DNA of 64,000 nt, taken from assembly GCA_965233585.1 (NCBI GenBank), contig CBDDTI010000745.1, forward strand, positions 64,001 to 128,000. The letters are read 5' to 3'. The notes beneath the pieces were generated by a model. The model was not told the origin of the DNA, searched no databases, and was given only the letters and a program-made list of their open reading frames with translations. Position numbers and translations under genes: made by a program. Positions 37,258-47,801 of the stretch are shown piece by piece; the first letter of the stretch is position 1, and each line of letters begins with the position of its first letter. Origin of the DNA: a bacterium (GTDB taxonomy: Bacteria > SAR324 > NAC60-12).

Positions 37258-38411
37258 CAGTTTTCTCGCAGGAAAACAAGGCGGTTGCCTGCTGATTCTT
37301 GTGAGATGATAGGAATGTTTTTTTTGATAAGGCTACGTCTGATTTGTCTTCTCAAACGGCTTTTAGAAGTGGCAGAAAAAAGCTCAATTTCTAAGTATTC
37401 TGGTGAGTTTTTAAGTTCGCTCAAACTTTTAAAACCCTGCATGCTTTCCAGATAGTCTAAAATTTCATCTTCTTCATCTTGGTTAAACTTACGAAAAACC
37501 ATCAAATAGGCAAATCCTTGGTCTCCAAGCTGTTCGTAATAATCGGTAATTTGGAAAATGGCATCTGATGCAGACTGCTTTGCCGCACGGCTTCCTGCTG
37601 TTTTTAAGCCACGATGCACATCAAAGTCTCCTGCGTTCCCTGCAAACAATTCTTTTTCTTGGCCTAGTGAATCAGCAATTTGACGACCTGAACTGACATC
37701 ATAAACGCTGAGCCTGACGTCAGCTTTCACCGCATTAAACATACCTGTTAATTTTCCACGTTTGCCTGCAATGACTTCCACTGCCACCAAAATCTCTGCA
37801 CGATGTTCTAAGGCAATCGCTAAAAGGGGTTCTGCAGGTCGGTCAATTTGTGCAGAAAGCTCAATCGTTCGGTAAACATCTTCAGAAATTTGTTCATTGA
37901 AAACACGGAAGCCTGATTTGTTAAATTCTTGACGCAGAACAGAAATGATGGTAGGGATTCCTTGAAACTTTCGCTTGAGTGCCTTAGGGTCTTTTTTATG
38001 GTAGATGATCATCAGACGTTTGTTGCCTACTTTTTTGTGTAAAAGTCTCATGGCAGAAAGTTTGTCAGAAATATTTTTTGTAGAGACTTCTGCCTTGATG
38101 GTGACATAGTACGTGATGCGTTGGGCGTCTTGCCCTTCCTCTACGATTTCATAACTGGTGATGAACCCACGGCTGGCGCTGTAAATCTCATCTCGGATAA
38201 TCTGAAAGTTTTCTGAAAGCGTTCGGGAGTCAATCAATGCACCAACTCCTTGCTCTACCGCTTGCCTCTGTGCATTGATGAGTGCTTGGTCTCTTGCAGA
38301 ATTGATGTTGCCTTGATAGATTTCTGCGCTGCCTCTGACTGTCACCGTATTGGCAAAAAGAGAAGCTACGCTTAAAAAACCTAAAATAAAAATGCCAAAG
38401 ATTGTTTTCAT
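37257..38411 (-). CDS. Secreted protein with FlgT-N/LPP20-like N-terminal domain
   Basis: Signal peptide then VTVRGSA...ARDQALINAQRQAVEQGVG. Confidence 0.55.
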   Translation of the reverse strand: MKTIFGIFILGFLSVASLFANTVTVRGSAEIYQGNINSARDQALINAQRQAVEQGVGALIDSRTLSENFQIIRDEIYSASRGFITSYEIVEEGQDAQRITYYVTIKAEVSTKNISDKLSAMRLLHKKVGNKRLMIIYHKKDPKALKRKFQGIPTIISVLRQEFNKSGFRVFNEQISEDVYRTIELSAQIDRPAEPLLAIALEHRAEILVAVEVIAGKRGKLTGMFNAVKADVRLSVYDVSSGRQIADSLGQEKELFAGNAGDFDVHRGLKTAGSRAAKQSASDAIFQITDYYEQLGDQGFAYLMVFRKFNQDEEDEILDYLESMQGFKSLSELKNSPEYLEIELFSATSKSRLRRQIRRSLIKKNIPIISQESAGNRLVFLREN

Positions 38412-38448
38412 AAATTAAAAAATAGTGAAGTGATCCTTTGAGGTCAAT

Positions 38449-38754
38449 TTATTCTTTTTGATACCAATCATCGTATTCTCCAAGTGGACGTCTGAATGTA
38501 AATTCAAATGGGTCAACAACAAGAGTCTCCCAAACTTCTCCTGTGTTTGAGAAAATTGTAAAGGGTAGGGTGACAACAAAAATAGACCCACCTAAAACAG
38601 TAGCGACCAGACTGAGCGGACGTATCACCAAGCCATCAAGTGCCATACCTGTCGCACTAGGGGCATCTATGTTGTCTTGTTGTGCAAAAGCTGTTGTCCA
38701 CAGGAACAAGCAGACCACAACCCAAACCAAGAGACGAGAAAAACGAAGACGCAT
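38449..38754 (-). CDS. Small conserved membrane protein
   Basis: Signal peptide plus D.LVIRP...TVLG..IFVVTLPF...LVVDP.EFTF.RPLG pattern. Confidence 0.7.
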   Translation of the reverse strand: MRLRFSRLLVWVVVCLFLWTTAFAQQDNIDAPSATGMALDGLVIRPLSLVATVLGGSIFVVTLPFTIFSNTGEVWETLVVDPFEFTFRRPLGEYDDWYQKE

Positions 38755-38857
38755 GAGTTACCTTTTTATTTCACACCAAATCCGATATAGTAAACATGCC
38801 AAACAGATTGGCACAAGCTAGATACTCTACCAAATTGTCCTGACAAACTCAAGAATT

Positions 38858-40270
38858 ATGACGCTCAATAAAAAAAATCTTTTGATCTTCTTCATCCTTG
38901 TTTTTTTTGGAACTTTCTTGCTTTCGTTTGCAGTTGTAGGAATCCATGACTCAGACCATGTGATCTCTACCAAACAGCTGACACAATTGAGTCAATTAGG
39001 CAATAAAGTGACAGACCTTCTGGAAATGGAAGAAGCAGAAAAGACCGAGTCTTTAAATAAGATGATAGACAAGCAAGAATCTGGATTTGTCGGTATGCTT
39101 TACAGGAATTGGGAAGTGAAACTTGGAGAAAATGGCAAGAAACGTTCTCAATTTTTTTCATGGAGTGGAGACTCAGAAGTCGCTATGCTCATTCCTGTTG
39201 GGAAAGCTGAAATCAAAGGGGCTGTGGTGGTGCAAATTCCAACACAAAATCCTGTTTCTATCATCATGATTGGTCGCCTCATGGTGGCTTTTGCTGTTGC
39301 CTTATTTGGAGTGGTGTGTGTGATATGGTTCAAGGTCGGGCAGACCACCAAGGAGATTGACCACCTATGCCAAGAATTTACCAGATACCGCCGTCAACAT
39401 GATTCATCAGACCTTGTGGTGCTACAACAAAAATTTGCAACCCCTTTTCAAAAACGCACTTATATTTTGCAGCAGATTTGGGAACAGTTTCTTTCAACAC
39501 AGAAACTGCTCAAAGAACAGGTCAATAAACTTGAAGAAACTGTTGAAGAACTTGAAGTGGCAAAACGCAAAGAACAACGTTTTGCTGTCATCGGACAAGC
39601 TGTTGCCAAAGTAGGACATGACATGGGTAATTCTAATGCGGCATTGAGTTCGTATGTGGAGTTAATTTTGAAAAGTCTTAGTAGAGAACCTTCATTGTCA
39701 AATGAAATGCAGAAAGTGCTTGCATTCGTGCAACGTATGCAGATTGTCGTCAGCACTTTGAATGCACTCAAAAACAATTTAATGGACTTCATCAGTGGCA
39801 ACAGCAACGTCAATCCTGCCCCGTACTATTTGGAAGAATTGCTGCATAAGGTAGATGCTAATTTGGGGTTCATTGACAAACAAAGAGACCAAATTGACAT
39901 TCAGCTCAACATGCCCGAAAAATTACAGGTGCGTCTTGACATTGAGCAAATGACGCGAGTCATCGTCAACTTGGTCAAAAATGCTTGGCAGAAGCTCAAT
40001 GCGACAGGGGGGCAAATTAAGGTTGCTTTTGTCCAGCAAGGGCAAAGTCTTGTCATCTCAATAGAAGACGACGGTGATGTGATTCCTGATTCCATTTTTC
40101 ATTCATTGTTTCAAGTGCTAGCCACAGAAGGTAAGGCAGAGGGCGTTGGCGTTGGGCTTTCTGTTTGCAAACAAATCATTGAGGCTCATCAAGGAAAGAT
40201 TACCGCAGAAAATCTGTCTGATAGCAAAGGCGTCAAGTTCTCTATCCTCATTCCTGACTCTGTGGTTTAG
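38858..40270 (+). CDS. Membrane sensor histidine kinase (no adjacent response regulator)
   Basis: Two TM segments, H-box GHDMGN, N-box NLVKNA, EDDG, GVGVGL, HQGKI. Confidence 0.9.
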   Translation: MTLNKKNLLIFFILVFFGTFLLSFAVVGIHDSDHVISTKQLTQLSQLGNKVTDLLEMEEAEKTESLNKMIDKQESGFVGMLYRNWEVKLGENGKKRSQFFSWSGDSEVAMLIPVGKAEIKGAVVVQIPTQNPVSIIMIGRLMVAFAVALFGVVCVIWFKVGQTTKEIDHLCQEFTRYRRQHDSSDLVVLQQKFATPFQKRTYILQQIWEQFLSTQKLLKEQVNKLEETVEELEVAKRKEQRFAVIGQAVAKVGHDMGNSNAALSSYVELILKSLSREPSLSNEMQKVLAFVQRMQIVVSTLNALKNNLMDFISGNSNVNPAPYYLEELLHKVDANLGFIDKQRDQIDIQLNMPEKLQVRLDIEQMTRVIVNLVKNAWQKLNATGGQIKVAFVQQGQSLVISIEDDGDVIPDSIFHSLFQVLATEGKAEGVGVGLSVCKQIIEAHQGKITAENLSDSKGVKFSILIPDSVV

Positions 40271-40342
40271 GCTTGATGAAAAAATGCAAAAGTGCTAGGG
40301 TTAGCCCGAATCATTCAATTTATTCAAGAACAAATTTTCAAG

Positions 40343-42397
40343 ATGAGCAATGTAAGAAATGCAAGAAATGCGATAATTCTGATTTTTTGTCTCATCAGCT
40401 TCCCTTTGCCTACTTTGGCGCAATCCCAGCTCCAGTGGAAAAAATCCTCAAACATCAATTTTGCTGAAGCCTTTGAAAGTTTGACGCTTTACGATGCCTT
40501 GACTCAACTCACCAAAAACTATTTGCAAAATCCTCAAGTCGTCAAAGTTGACCCAAGCCTTGCCGAAGAAGCCTTTGACTTACAAGGGGGGAGTTCTAAT
40601 GCCGAAACTGCCTTTTACTGGATTTTGGGCAAGTATTCACTTGGCTTGATTTGGGAAGACCAACAGGCAACAATCCTACCAAAATCATCGCTTTGGACAC
40701 AACAACCTTATCAAAAAACAATCATCTCTCCTATTGAATTGGGTGAAGTTTTAGATGAAATGCAAGAACAAGGTCGCGTCACAATCATTCGTGCCACACA
40801 AAATATTGACAATGTTTTTGTCAGTGAAAGTCTTGACTTCAAATCTATTCAACAGGGCTTACAAACGTTTGCCAAGCAGTATCAGTGGAAAATGAAATAC
40901 AGCTCTGATGAACATATTGTTTATTTTGAAGACCTTCCTGCTACCATTCTCAAAAGCATTCAGCTCCAAAATATCCCACAAACAGAAGCGCAAGAAATCC
41001 TTAAACAAGCCACTGAACTATTGGAAGAATCTGCCTTGCCAAACATCATCTATCCCAGCAAGAACCTTGTCATTCTCAAAGGTGAGACACAAGCTGTTGA
41101 AACTCTTGCAACTATGCTTAAAGAGTTAGATGCTCAATATCAAAAACCTGTTTCTTTGGAACAAGAGACATTAGATTCTATCTATTTACAATCTTTGACG
41201 GAGTCAGTTTTTCAAGACCAAATTTTGCCAATACTAGAAGAAGATGAAAACTTGAAGCAGGTCAAATTGCGTTGGCAAAAGCTGGAGGCAGGCAGTTTAT
41301 TAACGCTTTATGGTCAGAAAGAAGATGTCTCAAGGCTGAAAGTTTTGATGCAAGGCTATGATGAAGTGAAGTATGACAATCCGTTGCAAGTTGTGCATCG
41401 GTTGAGTTTTGACTATGTTCCTGTTTACGATAAAAAATTTATGAGCGAGGGCGAATCAATCACGCAAGTTGGAGCAGGTCAAAAACTTCAGAATTTACTC
41501 TCATCTTCATTCAGTCAAACTTTAGAAGATGACACCCCCGAATTTACGCTTTCTGTTGAACCTGCCAGCAATGCGTTGATCTTTCAAGGATCTTCGCAAG
41601 TCTTTTCTCATCTCAGGCAAATCAAAAATGTGTTAGACCAGCCTCCCCAACTTGTGGAAATTGAAGCCTACATCTTTGAAACATCAGAGAAATTTTCAAG
41701 AAGAATTGGCTTTGAAATGAGGGCTACGGGAGCAGGTCCCAATATTCAGTCTGCGGAGATACCCAGTGAGTCTTTTGCTGTGAGGAACATCATTGGGGCA
41801 AAGTCGTTGAGGGTGTCAACGCTACTTCAACTCATGGAACAGGAAGGCAAAGGCAGGGTGCTTTCACGACCAAAAGTGATTACTTTGAACAACAAAGAAG
41901 CAGAAATTCAAAGCGGAGATGTCATCCACATTAGACATAAAACATTGTCAGGCAAAGAAGCGTTTCAGAGGTTCAATGTTGGCGTCACGCTCAAGGTCAC
42001 CCCACGTGTGATAGAAACAGACAATCCCCAAAAAACTGCAATTAAGCTATTTGTTTTTGCAGAAAGCAGTTCGTTTGTAGAAGGTGTGCCATTGGGTGAT
42101 TTGCCAAGAACCAATAGCCAAAGTGCCAAAAGTGAAGTCATTGTTAAGAATGGCGAACCTTTTTTATTAGGGGGGTTGATTAGACAACATGCTAGAGAAT
42201 CAGAACAAGGAATCCCTTTTTTAAAAGATATTCCAATACTCGGTGCTTTTTTCAGGAACTCTCAATCTGACAATCAGCTCAATCATATCATGGTTTTTGT
42301 CACTCCTACTTTAGTCACCAAAACATCTCAACTACTGCCTAAAGTCAAAGATTTCATTCAAACAGAATCTGAAGAAGAAACAAACAAAAACGATTAA
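40343..42397 (+). CDS. Secretin with SctC/YscC-like periplasmic domains
   Basis: Secretin domain (VLSRPKVITLNNKEA, GVTLKVTP, LLGGLI, IPFLKDIPILGAFFR); N-terminal domains resemble T3SS secretins. Confidence 0.8.
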   Translation: MSNVRNARNAIILIFCLISFPLPTLAQSQLQWKKSSNINFAEAFESLTLYDALTQLTKNYLQNPQVVKVDPSLAEEAFDLQGGSSNAETAFYWILGKYSLGLIWEDQQATILPKSSLWTQQPYQKTIISPIELGEVLDEMQEQGRVTIIRATQNIDNVFVSESLDFKSIQQGLQTFAKQYQWKMKYSSDEHIVYFEDLPATILKSIQLQNIPQTEAQEILKQATELLEESALPNIIYPSKNLVILKGETQAVETLATMLKELDAQYQKPVSLEQETLDSIYLQSLTESVFQDQILPILEEDENLKQVKLRWQKLEAGSLLTLYGQKEDVSRLKVLMQGYDEVKYDNPLQVVHRLSFDYVPVYDKKFMSEGESITQVGAGQKLQNLLSSSFSQTLEDDTPEFTLSVEPASNALIFQGSSQVFSHLRQIKNVLDQPPQLVEIEAYIFETSEKFSRRIGFEMRATGAGPNIQSAEIPSESFAVRNIIGAKSLRVSTLLQLMEQEGKGRVLSRPKVITLNNKEAEIQSGDVIHIRHKTLSGKEAFQRFNVGVTLKVTPRVIETDNPQKTAIKLFVFAESSSFVEGVPLGDLPRTNSQSAKSEVIVKNGEPFLLGGLIRQHARESEQGIPFLKDIPILGAFFRNSQSDNQLNHIMVFVTPTLVTKTSQLLPKVKDFIQTESEEETNKND

Positions 42398-42524
42398 AAT
42401 TGGTTTCAATGTTCCCCCTTTTTTTCTTTTCTGGTCAAGTGGTGGCTTTTAGTGAAGTGTCAAATATGATACAATCCTACAACCTTTGCAAAAACGCCAG
42501 AACAGCAACATTTTTCAATCAAGA

Positions 42525-42833
42525 ATGACCTCCATCAACTTCTTAGAACAACTTTTTGAAATCATCAAAGACCGAAAACTCAAACAACCAGCAGGGTCTT
42601 ACACCACCTCTTTATTTCAGGAAGGAGTGGAAAAAATACTTGCAAAGGTAGAAGAAGAATCTGGTGAGGTTTTACATGCAACACGCAACGAGACGGCACA
42701 AAGGCTGGTAGAAGAAAGTGCAGATTTGCTCTTTCATTTGTTGGTCTTATTGGTCAATCAGCAAATAGAACTTCAAGAAGTCATTGAGGAATTAAAGAAA
42801 CGTTCTGGAGCTTCTGGTGCGAATCATTCTTAA
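42525..42833 (+). CDS. hisE: Phosphoribosyl-ATP pyrophosphatase
   Basis: SYTTSLF..G..KILAKVEEESGEV, EESADLLFHLLVLL. Confidence 0.92.
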   Translation: MTSINFLEQLFEIIKDRKLKQPAGSYTTSLFQEGVEKILAKVEEESGEVLHATRNETAQRLVEESADLLFHLLVLLVNQQIELQEVIEELKKRSGASGANHS

Positions 42834-42958
42834 TATCTCAAAGACTAATTTAACAAGGAGAACTTGCAATTTTGTGTTGGGCTGTGTTAGCTTTGTCAAG
42901 TTTATTTTCAACTTTCTTTAAAAGAACAACATGTATGAGTTTTTAACACTTCTTTCAT

Positions 42959-43759
42959 TTGGAGGCATTTCTGCTGTTTATCTTGCCATCTTTTGGTTTT
43001 GCGAAAAAAAGCTTATTCCAAATCAGTCAACTTGAGTTTAAAAGTCTCTGTGTCTTTGCTATCGTTTCTTTTTTGACAGCTTGCTCTCAAAGCCTTCCTG
43101 CACTAAAGAAACAAACCTTTTTATCCTCCGAATCACTGACTCCATACTTTGCCAAAGGAAGGGTGTTTTTAAGGGTGGACAAGAAAAAGATTTCTGGGGA
43201 GTTTGAGCTAATGATTGTGGAAGGGCAGATGCTCTTTCGTGCAATCCGTCCCGTGATAGGTGGCACAATTTATGAGGTGCGTGCAAATTCTGAAAAGTTG
43301 ATGATCGTTGATTTTTCAGAAGAAAAGTATCTTCTGACGCAAAATACTCAAGAGGTTCGCCAGCGATTTCTAGGCATAGATATTGAGATTAAGGAGCTTT
43401 TTTGGCTCTTGCATGGTCAGATTGAGTCAAAGCACTTTGCAAGTTATGGAGGGCAACAGAGGAGTGACAACTCATTTGAGTTGAGTCAAAGAAACACTTG
43501 GCTTCATCTCAATCAAACACAAGATGCTCTCCAAGAGATGAAAAAATTTTCTCAAAGCGGTCTGATTTATTCTGCAAAAATTAGCCAGTATCAAAATTTT
43601 TCTGGCAAAAAATATCCTGCATTGATTGACATTCAGCAATCTCGCCAGAACCGTATGAAACTTGCCATTACCGAAGTTTCTTCAGAACCTCCTCCATTCC
43701 CAGACTTCTCACCTCCTCCTGATATTTCTGAAGAAATTCTGTTTTCTTCAGAAGAATGA
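42959..43759 (+). CDS. Putative lipoprotein, LolB/DUF4292-like fold (start uncertain)
   Basis: Lipobox LTAC then a beta-rich domain ending YQNFSGKKYPALIDI. Confidence 0.5.
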   Translation: MEAFLLFILPSFGFAKKSLFQISQLEFKSLCVFAIVSFLTACSQSLPALKKQTFLSSESLTPYFAKGRVFLRVDKKKISGEFELMIVEGQMLFRAIRPVIGGTIYEVRANSEKLMIVDFSEEKYLLTQNTQEVRQRFLGIDIEIKELFWLLHGQIESKHFASYGGQQRSDNSFELSQRNTWLHLNQTQDALQEMKKFSQSGLIYSAKISQYQNFSGKKYPALIDIQQSRQNRMKLAITEVSSEPPPFPDFSPPPDISEEILFSSEE

Positions 43760-43832
43760 GAGGCAACGATGTTGGAGGGAGGGTTAACTTTGTGGGAAGA
43801 ATTGTTGCAGGACTAAGCGGTTGGTGTTTCAG

Positions 43833-44321
43833 TCACAACGCTTCAGAAATTTCTTGGAAGGGGTCATTTTTTGTGTCAAAAAACGTTTCAGGAACACCTA
43901 ATGCTTTGGAGATACGACCCAATGATGAGGTGTCCACTTCAATCGTATGAGACTCCCAACTTTTGACTGTTTGAATGGCAAAACCAAACTCGTAAGAAAA
44001 TGATTCAATAGACAAACCCCTCAAGAGCCTTGCATATTTAATTCGGTCTCCAATTCTGTCTAAATCAAGGTTTGAATCAAGCCCGATGTCTTTGATGTCC
44101 ACACAAAGAACTTTGGCGATTTCACTGTATTTGGTGAGCTTGGGGGTAGAATGTCCTGTCTCCCAATTTTTGACAGCAGTGAGAGAGACTTTGAGTTTCC
44201 TCGCAAAATCTTTACGACTCAAACCCGCTTTTTCTCTCCACTGAAGAATCTTTTGACCTAGCGACTCCTGTTCATCATTCTCTTGAGTCTTGATTTCTTC
44301 CTTTGCAATGTTTTGATTCAT
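43833..44321 (-). CDS. XRE-family regulator with two tandem HTH domains
   Basis: LGQKI..WREKAGLS...VKNWETG and IGDRIKYARLLRGLS...VKSWES. Confidence 0.88.
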   Translation of the reverse strand: MNQNIAKEEIKTQENDEQESLGQKILQWREKAGLSRKDFARKLKVSLTAVKNWETGHSTPKLTKYSEIAKVLCVDIKDIGLDSNLDLDRIGDRIKYARLLRGLSIESFSYEFGFAIQTVKSWESHTIEVDTSSLGRISKALGVPETFFDTKNDPFQEISEAL

Positions 44322-44454
44322 GGGGATAATCTCCGTTTGGTAACGATGTGAGACTAGACATTCTATCGTTTTACCAGATATTGGTCAACATCAGGTCAAA
44401 TTGTAGTAATTTGTGTTGGACTTTCTACAACTTCTTGATAGAATTGTCCGATTT

Positions 44455-45132
44455 ATGTCTGTTGCTCTTGTGATTCTCGCAGCGGGAAAAGGGACTCGCA
44501 TCGGGGGCGTACAAAACAAAGTTTGGATAGAGTTAGATAGTAAGCCTCTGTGGCAGTATTGTTTGGAAGTTTTTTTGCAATACGATGTCATTGAAGAAAT
44601 TTACTGGGTTTGTTCTCAAGTAGATTATCCCGCATTTGAAAACAAACTTTCTCCCTACAAAAAAGTAAAAATTGTGATTGGGGGTCAAAATCGCCAAGAG
44701 TCTTCCTACCAAGGTGTGCAACAGATTGAAGCCAGTCAGTTTCAGACCACCTTGATTCACGATGCCGCACGTGCATTTTGCCCGAATTCTGTTGTGAGTT
44801 GTGTTTTAGAAAAATGCCGTACTGCGAAAGCTGTGGTCCCTGTGATTCCAATGCAGGATACGATTCGTCAAATGTCTCATCATCAATCTAAACTCTTGGA
44901 CCGCAACACCCTTTTTGCCGTACAAACACCTCAAGGGTTTGATACAGGTGTTTTGAAGCATGCTCATCAAGTTGGTTTTCAGCATTCGGAATCTGCCGCC
45001 ACAGATGATGCCAGCTTGGTAGAGCGTGTAGGAGTGCCAATTATCCATGCAGAAGGAAGCCCATTTAATTTGAAGATTACAACTCATTATGATTTAAAAG
45101 TTGCTCAATGTTTTTTACAAAATTCTGTTTAA
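44455..45132 (+). CDS. ispD: 2-C-methyl-D-erythritol 4-phosphate cytidylyltransferase
   Basis: ILAAGKGTR, GGQNRQES, IHDAAR, VQTPQGF, TDDASL, NLKITT..DL. Confidence 0.94.
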   Translation: MSVALVILAAGKGTRIGGVQNKVWIELDSKPLWQYCLEVFLQYDVIEEIYWVCSQVDYPAFENKLSPYKKVKIVIGGQNRQESSYQGVQQIEASQFQTTLIHDAARAFCPNSVVSCVLEKCRTAKAVVPVIPMQDTIRQMSHHQSKLLDRNTLFAVQTPQGFDTGVLKHAHQVGFQHSESAATDDASLVERVGVPIIHAEGSPFNLKITTHYDLKVAQCFLQNSV

Positions 45133-47741
45133 AATTATTCATTTTATTGATTTTATTTTACTCCAGTTTATTCGCACAAGAAAGCAGTCTCAACTTCCCC
45201 TCCACTGTGACACTTAAACAATTTTTGGATATTGTTGCCCGTGAAACTAACACAGTGTTCATTTACGATGGGTCTTTGTTGAGAGGAGAGCTTGCTATCA
45301 CTGCTCCGCCAAATCTTTCTGCAAGCCCCCAAGACATTTTTGTTGTCTTTGAAAAATTATTGAGAAGTCAAGGGCTGACACTTTCACGCAAAGAAAACAA
45401 TATGGTGCAAATTCTGCCAGTGCAAGAAGCCCGTTTTTTCAAGACACCTATTGAATTGGAATACAACAAGGAAGGCAACCCTGCAGACTATGTGGTGCAG
45501 ATGGTCAAGCTCAAGTATGCTGATGTGAACCAAATCAAGGGTGTCATCACTCCCTTTACACAGACGACAACGATTTTAAATTACGACCCTTTAGATTTGC
45601 TCATCTTGGTTGACACTCGTGCAAACATCAATAGACTGATGGATTTGATTGAAACTTTGGATGTTGATGAGGGAGAAGATAAGCTGATTGCCACGTTTAG
45701 AGACCTCAAGTATGTTTCTGTTGGCGATGCACAAAATCTTTTAAATACCATCTCTTCTAACTTGACTGGCAAAGGGCGAAAAGACATTATTCATCTTGTG
45801 CCTGTGAATGCAAAAAATCAGCTTGCTCTCATTGCGACACAAAAAACGACAGATCGCTTGATGGCGTTACTTGATGAAATTGATACCCCCAATGCCAAAG
45901 GAGTGATGATTTCATTTCATCAAGTCAAGAATGCTTCTGCTGCACAAATTGCAAATTTGTTGGGGCAAATCTTTCAATCGCCCCCGGCGATTCTAAAAGA
46001 TGGTCAGCTCAAAAACCCAGATTTTCAGCCAATCCCCCCAAAAATCATTCCCATTGCCGAGGCTAATATCCTTGTGATTTTGGCAACACCTTCTTTAACT
46101 CAAGACATGGTTCACTTGATAGAACAAGTGGATATTGTCAAAGAAAATGTTCAGCTCAAATTGCACCCGCTCAAATATGCCTCTGCACAAGTCTTAGCCC
46201 CCTTACTTTCTAATATTTTCACAAATCAAGTCGTTGCAGGTCAGGACAAAGGAGCAACAGCACCCAATAGCCCTACTAAAATCATTGCAGAATCCAGAAT
46301 CAATGCACTGATTATGATTGCCACACAAAAAGTGATAGATAAAGTCTTGATGCTGGTGTCAGAGCTTGATATTCCAGAAGGAGATGCAGAGTTGAAGGTT
46401 GTGCCTTTGAGGTATGCGACTGCATCTAAAATTCAAACTATTATCACTCAAGTCCTCAATCAAGCCAATGTTGCCCAAGCAGGGCAAGAAGGAGGCGGTG
46501 CTACTTCTTCTCAAAAACTTGTTGTCACAACTGACACCCGCTTGAATGCCCTGATTATTTATGCCAATTCAACTCACATGCAACAAGCCTTAGAGTTGGT
46601 GAAGCAGTTAGACGTTGATGCAAGGGAAAGTCGTGGAAATTTTAAAATTTATGAATTGCAATATGCAGTTGCAGAAAATGTGGTCAAAACGCTTTCAAAG
46701 TTGACTGGTAATATTGCAGAAGTCTCTAAAACTGGCAAAGCTCCAAACCCTGAAGCCCAACCCAATAACAGTCAAATTTCAATCAGTGAAGACCAATCTA
46801 CTAATTCTTTAATCGTTTTTGGACCTTCAGAAATCTTTTCTACACTTGATAAAATCATTGCACAGCTAGATGTGCCACGGGTGCAAGTTTACATTGAAGC
46901 ACTGGTCATGGAAACGAATCTGAATAAAAGCCTTGATTTTGGCATTGATTGGACTAGCACGACTCCTACTCCTTCAGGTGATGGACTTGTGACCACAGGA
47001 TTCCCTAATGGCTCGCCATTGACATTGGAAGGTGCAACACAGAAAGCAGGTGGTCATGCAATCGGAGTGATAGGAGGGGGAGCATTGAAGTTTGAAGACA
47101 AAACTTTTTTGAGCTTTGGGGCTTTTATCAGGGCATCGCAAAATGACTCAGACATCAACGTCCTAGCACACCCTGAATTGATGATGCTGAACAATCAAAA
47201 ATCACTCATCAATGTCTCACGTGTCATTCCCGTTGCAACCAATACCACCATTGATGCTGGTGGAAGGGTCACAGACCAAATAGAGTTTCGTGACGTCGGT
47301 GTCATCTTGAGTATCCGCCCTCAAGTCAGCGGAGACAATCATATCCGTTTAGAAATTGAGCAAAAATCAAGTGACGTCTCGCCTGTTGCCGTGGGGCAGT
47401 CCAATGCGATTACAACATTCAAAAGAGAACTCCAAACCACTGTCATTAGTGAGAATAACTCTATTATCGTTTTAGGTGGTTTGTTAAATGAGCAAATTAC
47501 ACAAGCAGAAAATAAAATACCGGGGCTGGGAGACATTCCTTTGTTGGGCTGGTTCTTCCGTTCTGAAAGAAACACCTATCAAAAAACAAATCTACTGATG
47601 TTCATACGTCCCAGAATCGTACGAAATCGCAACGATATGATTCAGGTCACAGAACAAGCAAAGACACGTTACAAACGAGCCAACGAAAGCAAAAAATCTT
47701 TCAGAGAAATGCTTGATGAACTGCAATCTACTACACCTTAA
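45108..47741 (+). CDS. gspD: Type II secretion secretin with an extended series of N domains
   Basis: Repeated LKYA...N.LI...LD N-domains, QVYIEALVME, FRDVGVILSIRPQ, KIPGLGDIPLLGWFFR, KTNLLMFIRPRI. Confidence 0.85.
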   Translation: MFFTKFCLKLFILLILFYSSLFAQESSLNFPSTVTLKQFLDIVARETNTVFIYDGSLLRGELAITAPPNLSASPQDIFVVFEKLLRSQGLTLSRKENNMVQILPVQEARFFKTPIELEYNKEGNPADYVVQMVKLKYADVNQIKGVITPFTQTTTILNYDPLDLLILVDTRANINRLMDLIETLDVDEGEDKLIATFRDLKYVSVGDAQNLLNTISSNLTGKGRKDIIHLVPVNAKNQLALIATQKTTDRLMALLDEIDTPNAKGVMISFHQVKNASAAQIANLLGQIFQSPPAILKDGQLKNPDFQPIPPKIIPIAEANILVILATPSLTQDMVHLIEQVDIVKENVQLKLHPLKYASAQVLAPLLSNIFTNQVVAGQDKGATAPNSPTKIIAESRINALIMIATQKVIDKVLMLVSELDIPEGDAELKVVPLRYATASKIQTIITQVLNQANVAQAGQEGGGATSSQKLVVTTDTRLNALIIYANSTHMQQALELVKQLDVDARESRGNFKIYELQYAVAENVVKTLSKLTGNIAEVSKTGKAPNPEAQPNNSQISISEDQSTNSLIVFGPSEIFSTLDKIIAQLDVPRVQVYIEALVMETNLNKSLDFGIDWTSTTPTPSGDGLVTTGFPNGSPLTLEGATQKAGGHAIGVIGGGALKFEDKTFLSFGAFIRASQNDSDINVLAHPELMMLNNQKSLINVSRVIPVATNTTIDAGGRVTDQIEFRDVGVILSIRPQVSGDNHIRLEIEQKSSDVSPVAVGQSNAITTFKRELQTTVISENNSIIVLGGLLNEQITQAENKIPGLGDIPLLGWFFRSERNTYQKTNLLMFIRPRIVRNRNDMIQVTEQAKTRYKRANESKKSFREMLDELQSTTP

Positions 47742-47801
47742 TTTGTTCTTTGGTTAGCTTCTAAAATTCAATCCTTGCTTTAACATTTTTTCTCTTTTTA
47801 A

